From: Limisphaerales bacterium
Lineage (GTDB): Bacteria; Verrucomicrobiota; Verrucomicrobiia; Limisphaerales; SIBE01
Direction: 5' to 3'
Length of the DNA stretch: 56,813 nucleotides
Assembly: GCA_044225505.1 (NCBI GenBank)
Contig: JBGAIN010000008.1
Location: forward strand, 62,001 to 118,813
Shown piece by piece: positions 8,796 through 17,690 of this stretch (position 1 is its first letter; every line of letters begins with the position of its first letter). A program made the position numbers and the translations under genes. The notes below the pieces were generated by a model. It was not told the origin of the DNA, made no database searches, and worked only from the letters and a program-made list of their open reading frames with translations.

Positions 8796-10559
8796 TCAGC
8801 GAGCGAGCCGGGCTCGTTTGCCGCGCAGTTCGTCCATCAGCTGCTGACGTGATAATGTATTGATAACGTCGCTTTTCGTCAGCCAACCTTTCTTGGCGAT
8901 ACCTGCGCCGAGACGCAGAAACCCGGCGTGCTCGTTTCGATGTGCATCGGGGTTTATGACGCATTTAACCCCTTTGCTCTTGGCGTAAGACCAATGCCGC
9001 CAGTCCATATCAAGCCTTCGCGGACTGCAGTTGAGCTCGATCCAAGTGCCTGTAGCGGCGCAGGCATCGATCACCGCAGGCATATTCACTTTATAGGCTT
9101 CACGTTCGAGCAAGAGCCGCCCTGTAGGGTGCCCTAAAATATGCACATAAGGGTTTTCCGCTGCGCAAATAAGACGCTTCGTATTCTCGGCCTCGGATAA
9201 GGTAAAGCCTTGATGGATGCTAGCAACCACCACATCCAGGTCAGCCAACAACGCGTCGTCAAAGTCCAGTTTGGACGCGACAAGAATGTCGACCTCAGAA
9301 CCAGTCAGCAGGCGGAAATCCAGCCCTTGGTCTTCCAGATTCGTGTTGAGCGTCCGAATCTTCTTCAATTGTTGCCGTACTTGGGAAGGGTCCAAGCCGT
9401 TCGCCTGCCATGATGCCTTGGAATGGTCCGTAATTGCCCAATATTCCAAACCGAGGTCGGACATTGATGCTATTATGTCCTCCAAACTCTCACGCCCGTC
9501 GCTCCAATTGGAATGGTTGTGTAGCGCTCCTTTAAGGTCCGTCCACTCTACCAAAGGTGGGAGCTCTCCCTTCTCTGCCGCCTGGAACTCCCCCATATCC
9601 TCGCGCAGTTCCGGCGGAACATAGGCAAGCTCAAGCTGCGAGAAAATCTCTTCTTCGGTCGCACACGGGATGCGAAGCGCCGGGTCGCGCGTTTCTGCAT
9701 TCGACCGGAAGAGCCCATATTCGTTCAGGCGAAGCCCGCGATCTATGGCTCGCTGACGCATGCCGATGTTATGCTCTTTACTGCCGGTAAAATAGAGGAG
9801 TGCGGACGCGAATTCCGTATCGCTTACTACGCGAAGATCCGACTGCAGCCCGCCTGCGAAGACAACGCTGGCCTTTGTCTCACCTTTTGCGATCACAGAA
9901 AGAGTCTCGGGCAATGTTGTGAAGAATTCCATGATGCGGTCCGGATGCTTAGAAGAGACGACGAAGTCGAGGTCTCGAATCACCTCTTTGCATCGCCGCA
10001 AACTGCCAGCGGAACTGCATCGAATGACGTCTGGATGGGAGCGCAATGCCTCAAGGACGGGCTCGGCGACGACCCACGCGGTGAGCAACAGGTGCCGATC
10101 CGAGTATGCACGGCGCCGGGCGATACCCTCACAAATGTTAGTCTGGGTCTTTTCCCCGAAACCAGCTAACGCGGCGACCTTACCATCCCGACATGCTTGT
10201 TCCAATGCTTCGACCGTAGTAACCCCAAGAAGCTCATGGAGGGCCCTGACCTTTTTCGGGCCGAGCCCAGGAATCCGGAGCATCGCCAAAACCCCCTCCG
10301 GGACGGACGCTTTAAGCTCTTCGTAATAAGGAAGCCTCCCGGTAGTCGCTAGTTCGGTGATCTTTTTTTGAAGGGCGTCGCCGATACCCTTGAGCTCTCC
10401 GAGACGATCCTCTTTGATGATATTCTCCAGTGACTCTCCCAGTCCCTCGAGCGTTCGTGAGGCATTCGCGTAAGCTCTCGTTTTGAATACTGGTTCTCCC
10501 TTAAGTTCCAGCAAAACGCCGATCTCCGCTAAAATCTCCGCTATTCGATCTTTGTCCAT
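8796..10559 (-). CDS. polX: DNA polymerase X with C-terminal PHP domain
   Basis: GIGDAL and GLGPKKV HhH motifs; AGSLRR...DLD; DLRVV; YFTGSKEHN; PHP motifs HNHSNWSDG, TDHS, HPTGR, PDAH. Confidence 0.95.
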   Translation of the reverse strand: MDKDRIAEILAEIGVLLELKGEPVFKTRAYANASRTLEGLGESLENIIKEDRLGELKGIGDALQKKITELATTGRLPYYEELKASVPEGVLAMLRIPGLGPKKVRALHELLGVTTVEALEQACRDGKVAALAGFGEKTQTNICEGIARRRAYSDRHLLLTAWVVAEPVLEALRSHPDVIRCSSAGSLRRCKEVIRDLDFVVSSKHPDRIMEFFTTLPETLSVIAKGETKASVVFAGGLQSDLRVVSDTEFASALLYFTGSKEHNIGMRQRAIDRGLRLNEYGLFRSNAETRDPALRIPCATEEEIFSQLELAYVPPELREDMGEFQAAEKGELPPLVEWTDLKGALHNHSNWSDGRESLEDIIASMSDLGLEYWAITDHSKASWQANGLDPSQVRQQLKKIRTLNTNLEDQGLDFRLLTGSEVDILVASKLDFDDALLADLDVVVASIHQGFTLSEAENTKRLICAAENPYVHILGHPTGRLLLEREAYKVNMPAVIDACAATGTWIELNCSPRRLDMDWRHWSYAKSKGVKCVINPDAHRNEHAGFLRLGAGIAKKGWLTKSDVINTLSRQQLMDELRGKRARLAR

Positions 10560-10737
10560 GGTCTACGCGCTTTGCCCCACCGCGCGAGACGATTGCACGT
10601 TCTCGCCGGGGTGCCTGGCTGAAAGGCAAAGCAATAAAGTAGGCTGCTCGTCACAGGTTTCCAGCCAGCACTGACTCCCAAAGCGAAAATCGCGGCATTC
10701 GCGAAAGTCCCTCGAACACGGGGGATTGTCCACGGGC

Positions 10738-12111
10738 TTACACGATCTCCAGTTCCTCGTTCTCTAAGAAGCCCTGCAATTGTCGAATTCGGGTCGGATG
10801 CCTCATTTTTCGTAGAGCTTTGGCCTCAATCTGGCGAATCCGTTCCCGGGTCACCTTGAACTGTTTGCCAACCTCCTCCAACGTCCTGGAGTATCCATCA
10901 CCAAGGCCAAAGCGCAGTTCCAGCACCTTGCGTTCACGCTCAGTCAAGCTCGTTAAGACATCTCCGAGTTTGTCTTTGAGCAAACTGTAGCTTGTCATGT
11001 CCGATGGATTCTCTGCGGACTTGTCTTCGATGAAGTCACCAAAGTTCGTATCCTCGCTGTCGCCGACAGGAGACTGGAGCGAAATCGGCTGCTGCGCCAT
11101 TTTCAAAACTGCTCGAACACGCTCGACGGGCATCTGCATTTCATCCGCGATTTCCTCCGGCGTCGCTTCCCGTCCGAAGTCCTGGACTAGCTGCTTTTGA
11201 ACCCGCATGAGCTTGTTGATCGTTTCGATCATGTGCACCGGTATACGAATGGTGCGGGCTTGATCGGCGATGGAACGAGTGATGGCCTGGCGGATCCACC
11301 ACGTGGCATAGGTGGAAAACTTATAGCCGCGACGGTATTCGAATTTCTCCACCGCTTTCATCAGTCCCATGTTGCCTTCCTGGATAAGGTCGAGGAAAGA
11401 AAGACCGCGGTTGGTGTACTTCTTGGCGATAGAAATTACCAAGCGCAGATTCGCTTCAACCATCTCGGTCTTTGCCTGAAGGGCTTTGCGCGTGAAATAC
11501 TGAAGCTGTTTATATGCGTCAAGGTACTGCTGGTAAGGCATGCGGACAAACTCCTCTAAGGCGCGGATCTTGCGTTCTTCAGACTGTATGACGACCTGTT
11601 GTTGAGGGGTTTTACGCTGATTTTCAAAATCCAGGATGCTGCGCAAGCTGACCTGGATCTTGTCGTGGATGTTGTCCGCAACCAGGGCCATTTCTTCAAT
11701 AACCTTCTGCTTGTAGTAAAACTTCGGGAAGGTTCGCTGCAACTTCTGATCAACCTTTTGGAAGTCGGCCGCCAACTTGTCACGCTTTCCTTTTTGTGGC
11801 GCGTTTTGCCAGTCGGCGTATTGATCGTCCACGGATTGATCTAAGGTGCGGACTTCCTTGACTAGTTTGCGAAGGGCCTTGAGGTGATTGTCACGGCCTT
11901 CAATCTTTTTGTCGAGTATGACGCGGTCAAACCGCTCTTTTGGAGGTTCTGAAATGAGTTTCTCAGCCAGCGCGATATGCTCTTTTCCCGAGAATCCAAA
12001 GCTGTAGATGATCCGTTTGACTTCGTTTTCTGCATCCTCGATGCGCTTGGAGATCTCCACTTCTTGCTCACGTGTCAACAATGGGACCTGGCCCATTTGT
12101 TTTAGATACAT
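10738..12111 (-). CDS. rpoD: RNA polymerase primary sigma factor RpoD, regions 1.2-4 (homology continues in this frame to about 12219)
   Basis: [78 protein letters not shown]. Confidence 0.95.
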   Translation of the reverse strand: MYLKQMGQVPLLTREQEVEISKRIEDAENEVKRIIYSFGFSGKEHIALAEKLISEPPKERFDRVILDKKIEGRDNHLKALRKLVKEVRTLDQSVDDQYADWQNAPQKGKRDKLAADFQKVDQKLQRTFPKFYYKQKVIEEMALVADNIHDKIQVSLRSILDFENQRKTPQQQVVIQSEERKIRALEEFVRMPYQQYLDAYKQLQYFTRKALQAKTEMVEANLRLVISIAKKYTNRGLSFLDLIQEGNMGLMKAVEKFEYRRGYKFSTYATWWIRQAITRSIADQARTIRIPVHMIETINKLMRVQKQLVQDFGREATPEEIADEMQMPVERVRAVLKMAQQPISLQSPVGDSEDTNFGDFIEDKSAENPSDMTSYSLLKDKLGDVLTSLTERERKVLELRFGLGDGYSRTLEEVGKQFKVTRERIRQIEAKALRKMRHPTRIRQLQGFLENEELEIV

Positions 12112-12214
12112 CCTGACTGGATCGTCCAGAATATCGAGCCGAGATTTGTCTTCTTCTTCCTCTGGCTCAGGTTGCTTGACCCGATCAACCTCTGCTTGAT
12201 CGACAATCTCTACT

Positions 12215-12487
12215 TCAAGGGTTGCGCAGCTTGATATAGATCTCGTCCAGTTCCTCAGGAGTTACGACATTGTCAGGAAGTGCGTCGTTGATATCTCCGT
12301 AGGTGAGGTAACCCTGCTCTTGGGCAAGGCGGACAAGCTCCTTGATCTTTTCGGTCAAATCCAAGCCCGACTGGCTTTTGATCGTTTCAGGGTTGGAATG
12401 AAGGCCGTTTTTCGCCGCAGCATCATCCGCCGAGGGTGCGGGAGAGCCGGGTTTCGAATTCAGTTCAGAGGTAACAGACTTAGACAC
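12215..12487 (-). CDS. rpoD: RpoD region 1.1 segment, separated from the rest of rpoD by an apparent +1 frameshift
   Basis: [43 protein letters not shown] is sigma70 region 1.1; ends at AAC CCT TGA, while the +1 frame continues [13 protein letters not shown]...DDPVRMYL. Confidence 0.85.
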   Translation of the reverse strand: MSKSVTSELNSKPGSPAPSADDAAAKNGLHSNPETIKSQSGLDLTEKIKELVRLAQEQGYLTYGDINDALPDNVVTPEELDEIYIKLRNP

Positions 12488-13008
12488 AAGAACACCAAAA
12501 TGATTTGCGGCGGGCTTGACGGCGGGTTGACTCAGTGCGCTGCTCCGAGGCCACCCGGCCCCCAAGAGGGGCCTTCTTTGTGCCAGCCTTAGCCACTGAC
12601 TTTTTGACCTTCGGTTTAGCCATAGGTGAGCGATGATCACTGCATTTTCAAAACAGGCAACAAAATAGCCGTCGAATATTGGGGAGCTTCAAAAACGAGT
12701 CAAGCTGCGAAAGGGCTTCAATTGAGTCCCTGACGCCTCGCCGAACATCTCTGATCCTCTCCAAAACCGAGTCACACTGAGGCTGCGACCATGGCTGAGT
12801 TAGCCCTGCTAAGCAGGGCCCCGGCGTCCGTCCTCGGCGGTAACCACCGCCACGAGCGGCGAGGAAAACCGCGAGCCTAGTGCTTCGCGAAGATTCTGTC
12901 ATTTGTTTCTGCTCGGACTTCCACTCTGACTTGGCCGTCACGGTGGCTAAGCAGTCCAAGCCAAAATCCGTTTCAGTTTCGAGACCGAAGAGGTGAGGCA
13001 TGATGAGC

Positions 13009-13026
13009 TTGTGAAAAAATTCACAA
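13009..13026. promoter_or_regulatory. Rex (NADH/NAD+ redox repressor)-type operator upstream of the nuo operon
   Basis: TTGTGAA-AAAA-TTCACAA, a perfect match to the TTGTGAA-N4-TTCACAA Rex consensus, about 70 bp before nuoB. Confidence 0.75.
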
Positions 13027-13093
13027 ATTCACTTGCCTGGGCGCTCATGCCATGTTTAGTTCTCGATGCTCAAGGCGTAACCATTTCGTAGCT

Positions 13094-13603
13094 ATGCAAG
13101 CCAATACCGAGATCGGCTACAACACTAAAATTGAGGGGGATGTTGTCGTCACCCGCCTCGATGCGGCGCTCAATTGGTGTAGGAAGAACTCGCTTTGGCC
13201 AATGCCAATGGGATTAGCTTGTTGTGCCATTGAACTGATGGCAACCGGCGCTAGTCGGTTCGACATTTCCAGGTTTGGTGCCGAAGTCATGCGATTTTCA
13301 CCTCGCCAGTCCGATTTAATGATCGTGGCTGGCACGGTTACTTACAAGATGGCGTTGGCTGTGCGCCGGATTTACGAACAGATGGCCGAGCCGAAATGGG
13401 TGATCGCCATGGGTGCCTGCGCTTCGACTGGAGGGATGTATCGAAGCTACTCCGTGCTTCAAGGAGTTGATCATATCATTCCAGTGGACGTCTATGTTGC
13501 GGGCTGCCCGCCCCGGCCTGAGGCTCTCCTCGATGCCTTGCTAAAGATGCAGAGCAAGGTTGCTCGCGAGCCGGTGGTTTCCACTCAGAAACAGGCCGCA
13601 TGA
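13094..13603 (+). CDS. nuoB: NADH-quinone oxidoreductase subunit B
   Basis: [39 protein letters not shown]. Confidence 0.96.
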   Translation: MQANTEIGYNTKIEGDVVVTRLDAALNWCRKNSLWPMPMGLACCAIELMATGASRFDISRFGAEVMRFSPRQSDLMIVAGTVTYKMALAVRRIYEQMAEPKWVIAMGACASTGGMYRSYSVLQGVDHIIPVDVYVAGCPPRPEALLDALLKMQSKVAREPVVSTQKQAA

Positions 13604-13639
13604 GCCGCATCGTTTCTAAAACTCTTTGCTTTGATCTAG

Positions 13640-14314
13640 ATGTCTTCGCTCGACTTAGCAAATCAGCTGATCGGTCGATTCGGAGTCGCCCTGGCGGCGC
13701 CCGTCCAGTTTAGAGACGAGGTTACTCTCAAGCTGCTGGACCCATCGCGGATCGCTGAGGTTTGCGCGTTCGCCAAGCAAGAACTGGGTTTCAGTTTCTT
13801 GGTGGACTTGAGCGGTGTCGATCATTACGGCGACGATCCTCGTTTCACGGTCGTGTATGAACTTTACAACTTCGCTCAACGTTGCGCCCTTCGTCTGACC
13901 ACGGACGTCAGTGAAGAAACTCCTGAGGTTCCATCTGTAACTGGAATATGGCGGACTGCTGATTGGCATGAACGAGAAGTTTATGACATGCTAGGCATTC
14001 GGTTCCGAGGTCATCCTGACCTCCGTCGAATCCTGATGTGGGACGGATATCCGTACTTTCCGTTACGCAAGGATTTCCCCGTTGCTGGCAAGACAACGCA
14101 ACTCCCAGATATTGCTTTCACGGAACCGGCCCCATTGGAAGGGGGGCCTTTCGTGACGGTCGCTGGTGGCAAAGATACGATGGCACGGGAGCCGAGAGTG
14201 CGGATCCCTGACTCCGACGCTGTTGCCTTGAATGCACGTCTGGAGCGCCGACAAGATGGCAAACCAGCTCATGGAAATGTGCACGGTCCTGGGCCTGTGG
14301 AGCTTAAGAAATAA
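13640..14314 (+). CDS. nuoC: NADH-quinone oxidoreductase subunit C
   Basis: ADWHEREVYDMLGIRFRGHPDLRRILM...PLRKDFP. Confidence 0.95.
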   Translation: MSSLDLANQLIGRFGVALAAPVQFRDEVTLKLLDPSRIAEVCAFAKQELGFSFLVDLSGVDHYGDDPRFTVVYELYNFAQRCALRLTTDVSEETPEVPSVTGIWRTADWHEREVYDMLGIRFRGHPDLRRILMWDGYPYFPLRKDFPVAGKTTQLPDIAFTEPAPLEGGPFVTVAGGKDTMAREPRVRIPDSDAVALNARLERRQDGKPAHGNVHGPGPVELKK

Positions 14315-14319
14315 CGCTT

Positions 14320-15606
14320 ATGCCCACCGTGCAAGAAATCCAAGTTGTTGAACCTGCGGCGCGGTCTTTGGAGCGAGTTCCACCGGGCCAATTCCCTGAA
14401 CTGGGAGATCTTCCCGGTGAGAAGATGGTCTTGAACGTTGGGCCCTCCCATCCGTCGACCCACGGCGTGCTCCGAATCGTGCTGGAACTGGATGGAGAGA
14501 CGATCACCAAGGCCACACCGGATGTTGGTTATTTGCATCGAGGAGATGAGAAGATCGCCGAGAACATGACTTACAGTCAGTTCATCCCTTACACGGACCG
14601 GCTGGATTACATTGCTCCCTTGGCAAACAATGTGGCTTATGCACTGGCGGTTGAGAAGTTGATGGGAATTGACGGGCAATTGCCATTGCGCTGCCAATAT
14701 ATTCGCGTGATTTGTTGCGAACTGGCGCGAATCTCGTCCCACCTACTCGGGATTGGTTGCTTCGCGATGGACTGCGGCGCTATGACCGTGTTTCTCCATA
14801 CGTTTACGGAACGGGAGAAGATCTATAACCTTTGCGAGGCACTAACCGGCGCGCGATTTACCACGACCTACACGCGTATCGGCGGCTTGGCTCGAGACTT
14901 ACCGCCTGGCTGGGTGGACCAGTGTCGGAAATTTATCAACGAAGTAGTCGAAAACTTTGATGAGACCGATCGTCTCCTCACGCGGAATCGCATTTGGGTG
15001 GACCGCAATCAGGGCGTCGGAGTTATTCGCAAGGAAGACGCAATCGACTACGGCTTGACCGGGCCCAATCTGCGAGGCAGCGGGGTGGATTATGACATCC
15101 GGAAAGCTCGGCCGTACTTGGTTTATGACCGGCTACAGTTTGATGTTCCGTTAGGGTCTGTCGGCGATTGTTATGATCGCTATCTCGTCCGGCTCGAAGA
15201 GATGCGTCAGAGTGTACGCATCCTCCATCAATGCTTGGACCAGCTTCCAGGCGGAGCAGAGAATCTTGGAAAAGAGCCAATTAATGTCGCCGATCACAAA
15301 ATTGTCCTTCCACCCAAGGGCAAGGTTCTGACCAAGATGGAGGAGCTGATCCATCAGTTTATTCTGGTAACTCAGGGGATTAACGCGCCACCAGGGGAGG
15401 TTTATTTTGGAGCTGAGAATCCGAAAGGAGAACTAGGATTCTACATCCACAGCAAAGGGGGCGGAACACCGCACCGCCTTAAGATCCGCGCGCCTTCTTT
15501 TGTAAACTTGAGTATCCTTCCTCATTTGCTGCCTGGGCACATGATGAGCGACACCGTCGTAATTCTAGGCTCCCTGGATTTTGTTATGGGAGAATGTGAT
15601 CGCTAG
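14320..15606 (+). CDS. nuoD: NADH-quinone oxidoreductase subunit D
   Basis: NVGPSHPSTHGVLR, GYLHRGDEK, DRLDY, ENPKGELG, SLDFVMGECDR. Confidence 0.97.
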   Translation: MPTVQEIQVVEPAARSLERVPPGQFPELGDLPGEKMVLNVGPSHPSTHGVLRIVLELDGETITKATPDVGYLHRGDEKIAENMTYSQFIPYTDRLDYIAPLANNVAYALAVEKLMGIDGQLPLRCQYIRVICCELARISSHLLGIGCFAMDCGAMTVFLHTFTEREKIYNLCEALTGARFTTTYTRIGGLARDLPPGWVDQCRKFINEVVENFDETDRLLTRNRIWVDRNQGVGVIRKEDAIDYGLTGPNLRGSGVDYDIRKARPYLVYDRLQFDVPLGSVGDCYDRYLVRLEEMRQSVRILHQCLDQLPGGAENLGKEPINVADHKIVLPPKGKVLTKMEELIHQFILVTQGINAPPGEVYFGAENPKGELGFYIHSKGGGTPHRLKIRAPSFVNLSILPHLLPGHMMSDTVVILGSLDFVMGECDR

Positions 15607-15616
15607 TGCCTTTTCC

Positions 15617-16102
15617 ATGAGCTTTAGTATTCCTCAAGATCTCGAACGCAGTGTTGAAGAGTTAATTTCGCATTATCCTCAGAAACGCAGCGCCTCTTTG
15701 ATGGTGCTGCACGCACTTCAGGATCAGTTTGGGTTTTTATCCAAAGAGGCAATTGAATGGACGGCCACCAAGCTCGAACTCCAGCCGATTCATGTCTTAG
15801 AGTTGGTGACATTTTACCCGATGTTCCGGCAATCGCCGGTCGGGCGACATCACTTTAAAATCTGCAGAACTTTGAGCTGCGCGTTGGGAGGTTCCCATCA
15901 TTTGCACCAGCATCTTTGCGAGAAACTGGGGTTGGACCGGTCCGCCCATGGACCTCAGACGACGAAAGACGGTAAGTTCACGGTGGAATTTGTGGAATGT
16001 TTGGCGGGATGTGGGACAGCACCGGTAATGATGGTTAACGATGATTTTTACGAGAATGTTTCGAACGCGAAAGCGGACGAAATCCTCGGCAAATGCGGAT
16101 GA
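15617..16102 (+). CDS. nuoE: NADH-quinone oxidoreductase subunit E
   Basis: VTFYPMF, CRTLSC, ECLAGCGTAP 2Fe-2S ligands. Confidence 0.95.
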   Translation: MSFSIPQDLERSVEELISHYPQKRSASLMVLHALQDQFGFLSKEAIEWTATKLELQPIHVLELVTFYPMFRQSPVGRHHFKICRTLSCALGGSHHLHQHLCEKLGLDRSAHGPQTTKDGKFTVEFVECLAGCGTAPVMMVNDDFYENVSNAKADEILGKCG

Positions 16103-16113
16103 ATGCCAAGAAA

Positions 16114-16187
16114 TGGCTGCCGACCATGGATTTGAACCATGACAAACAGATCCAGAGTCTGCTGTGCTACCGTTACACCAGTCGGCA
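16114..16187 (-). tRNA. tRNA-Gln(CUG), antisense within the nuo operon
   Basis: Minus strand TGCCGAC TG GTGT AACGGTA GCAC A GCAGA CT-CTG-GA TCTGT TTGT CATGG TTCAAAT CCATG GTCGGCA G CCA: complete 74-nt cloverleaf, U1-A72 pair typical of bacterial tRNA-Gln, encoded CCA. Confidence 0.96.
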
Positions 16188-16198
16188 GTGCAGCCCGC

Positions 16199-16226
16199 AA
16201 TCTACAATTTCCTGGTCGAGAGTCAA
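16199..16226 (-). promoter_or_regulatory. Stable-RNA-type sigma70 promoter of tRNA-Gln
   Basis: TTGACT-N16-TAGATT followed by a GC-rich discriminator GCGGGC, 11 nt before the mature tRNA 5' end. Confidence 0.7.
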
Positions 16227-16243
16227 TCATGTAGGACCGTGAT

Positions 16244-17686
16244 ATGCCGCAAGAATATCGCTTGATTCTCCAAAACGCTGATCGTTCGGGCTACACTCCC
16301 GACATAGAATGCTATTTGCGCCATGGAGGCTACCAGGCCCTTAAGAAAGCGCTGACCCTTCCCGCTAAACCCCTTCCTGACGGGCGCTCTCTAAGTGGTC
16401 CCGAGCAAATACGGGAAGAGGTGAAACTTTCAGGCTTGCGCGGTCGCGGCGGGGCGGGATTTGCCTGTGGTCTAAAGTGGTCGTTTGTGGATCGCAAAAG
16501 TGGGAAGCCGATTTATCTAATCTGTAATGCGGATGAGTCAGAACCAGGTACTTTCAAAGACAGGCAGATCATCTATAAAGATCCGCATCAGTTGCTCGAA
16601 GGGATGATCATCTCCTGCTTCGCCAATGACGTGAAGCTCGCCTATATCTATATTCGCGGAGAGTTCACTGAGGGCGCCAAGATTCTCAATCAAGCGCTTG
16701 CCGAAGCCCGGGTTAGAGGTTTCCTGGGAAAGAACATTGCAGGTGCCGGGTATGATTTGGAGATTCATGTCCATCGAGGTGCCGGTGCGTACATTTGTGG
16801 TGAAGAAACCGGCCTCATTGAGTCCCTGGAAGGCAAGCGCCCTTACCCTCGGATCAAGCCGCCCTATTTTCCGGCGATTCTCGGACTCTACATGTGTCCG
16901 ACGATTGTCAACAATGTGGAGACGCTTTGTGCAGTGAAACATATCGTTGGCGCGGGTGCTGCGGAGTATGCCAAGCTCGGGACGCCAAACAACACCGGTA
17001 CCAGAATCGTGAGTTTGAGCGGCCAGGTCCGGCGCCCAGGCTACTATGAAGTTGAGGTCGGGAAGGTGACCATTCGCGAGCTGATTTACGACCCCGCGTT
17101 TGGCGGTGGATTACGCGAAGGTCGTCAGCTCAAAGCTCTGATTCCCGGAGGATCGTCGGCCAAGGTATTCAAGGCTGGCGAGCGATTTAAACTGAAGAAG
17201 AAAGGTCCAGATGGGAAGGATCTCGAGCAAGAAGTTGACATGCTGGATTTGCCTTACGATTTTGATTCTTTGATTGCCGCGGGAAGCATGTCCGGGTCTG
17301 GTGCCATCATTGTGATGGATGATTCCGTCGATGTCGTGGAAGCGCTGGCGAATCTGTCGGAGTTTTACGCGCACGAAAGTTGTGGACAGTGTACTCCGTG
17401 CCGCGAGGGCTCGCTCTGGATGTCCAAAGCTCTCCAACGCCTAACGCATGGCGAAGGACGTAAACAAGATGCCGAATACCTGGTTCGGATCGCGGACAAT
17501 ATTCCAGGTGGTCGTACTATCTGTGCATTTGGCGAGGCTTGCTCATGGCCAGTGCAGAGCTTTGTCGGAAAATTCAAAGACGAGTTCGTGGCTCGGGGCG
17601 CACGAGACGAAGAGCATCAAAACGTGGCTGCACGGGCGGCCACGGACAGCAGAATGGCCCACCCTCCTGTTCCAAGCGCGCGTTAA
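16244..17686 (+). CDS. nuoF: NADH-quinone oxidoreductase subunit F
   Basis: GLRGRGGAGF, NADESEPGTFKDR, GAGAYICGEETGLIESLEG, ESCGQCTPCREG. Confidence 0.97.
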   Translation: MPQEYRLILQNADRSGYTPDIECYLRHGGYQALKKALTLPAKPLPDGRSLSGPEQIREEVKLSGLRGRGGAGFACGLKWSFVDRKSGKPIYLICNADESEPGTFKDRQIIYKDPHQLLEGMIISCFANDVKLAYIYIRGEFTEGAKILNQALAEARVRGFLGKNIAGAGYDLEIHVHRGAGAYICGEETGLIESLEGKRPYPRIKPPYFPAILGLYMCPTIVNNVETLCAVKHIVGAGAAEYAKLGTPNNTGTRIVSLSGQVRRPGYYEVEVGKVTIRELIYDPAFGGGLREGRQLKALIPGGSSAKVFKAGERFKLKKKGPDGKDLEQEVDMLDLPYDFDSLIAAGSMSGSGAIIVMDDSVDVVEALANLSEFYAHESCGQCTPCREGSLWMSKALQRLTHGEGRKQDAEYLVRIADNIPGGRTICAFGEACSWPVQSFVGKFKDEFVARGARDEEHQNVAARAATDSRMAHPPVPSAR

Positions 17687-17690
17687 TGTC

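Noticed and set aside
10560..10737. Verrucomicrobial LexA box (TGTTC-N4-GAACA) upstream of polX; also checked upstream of ruvA
   Set aside because: Only half-sites were found; no complete palindrome.
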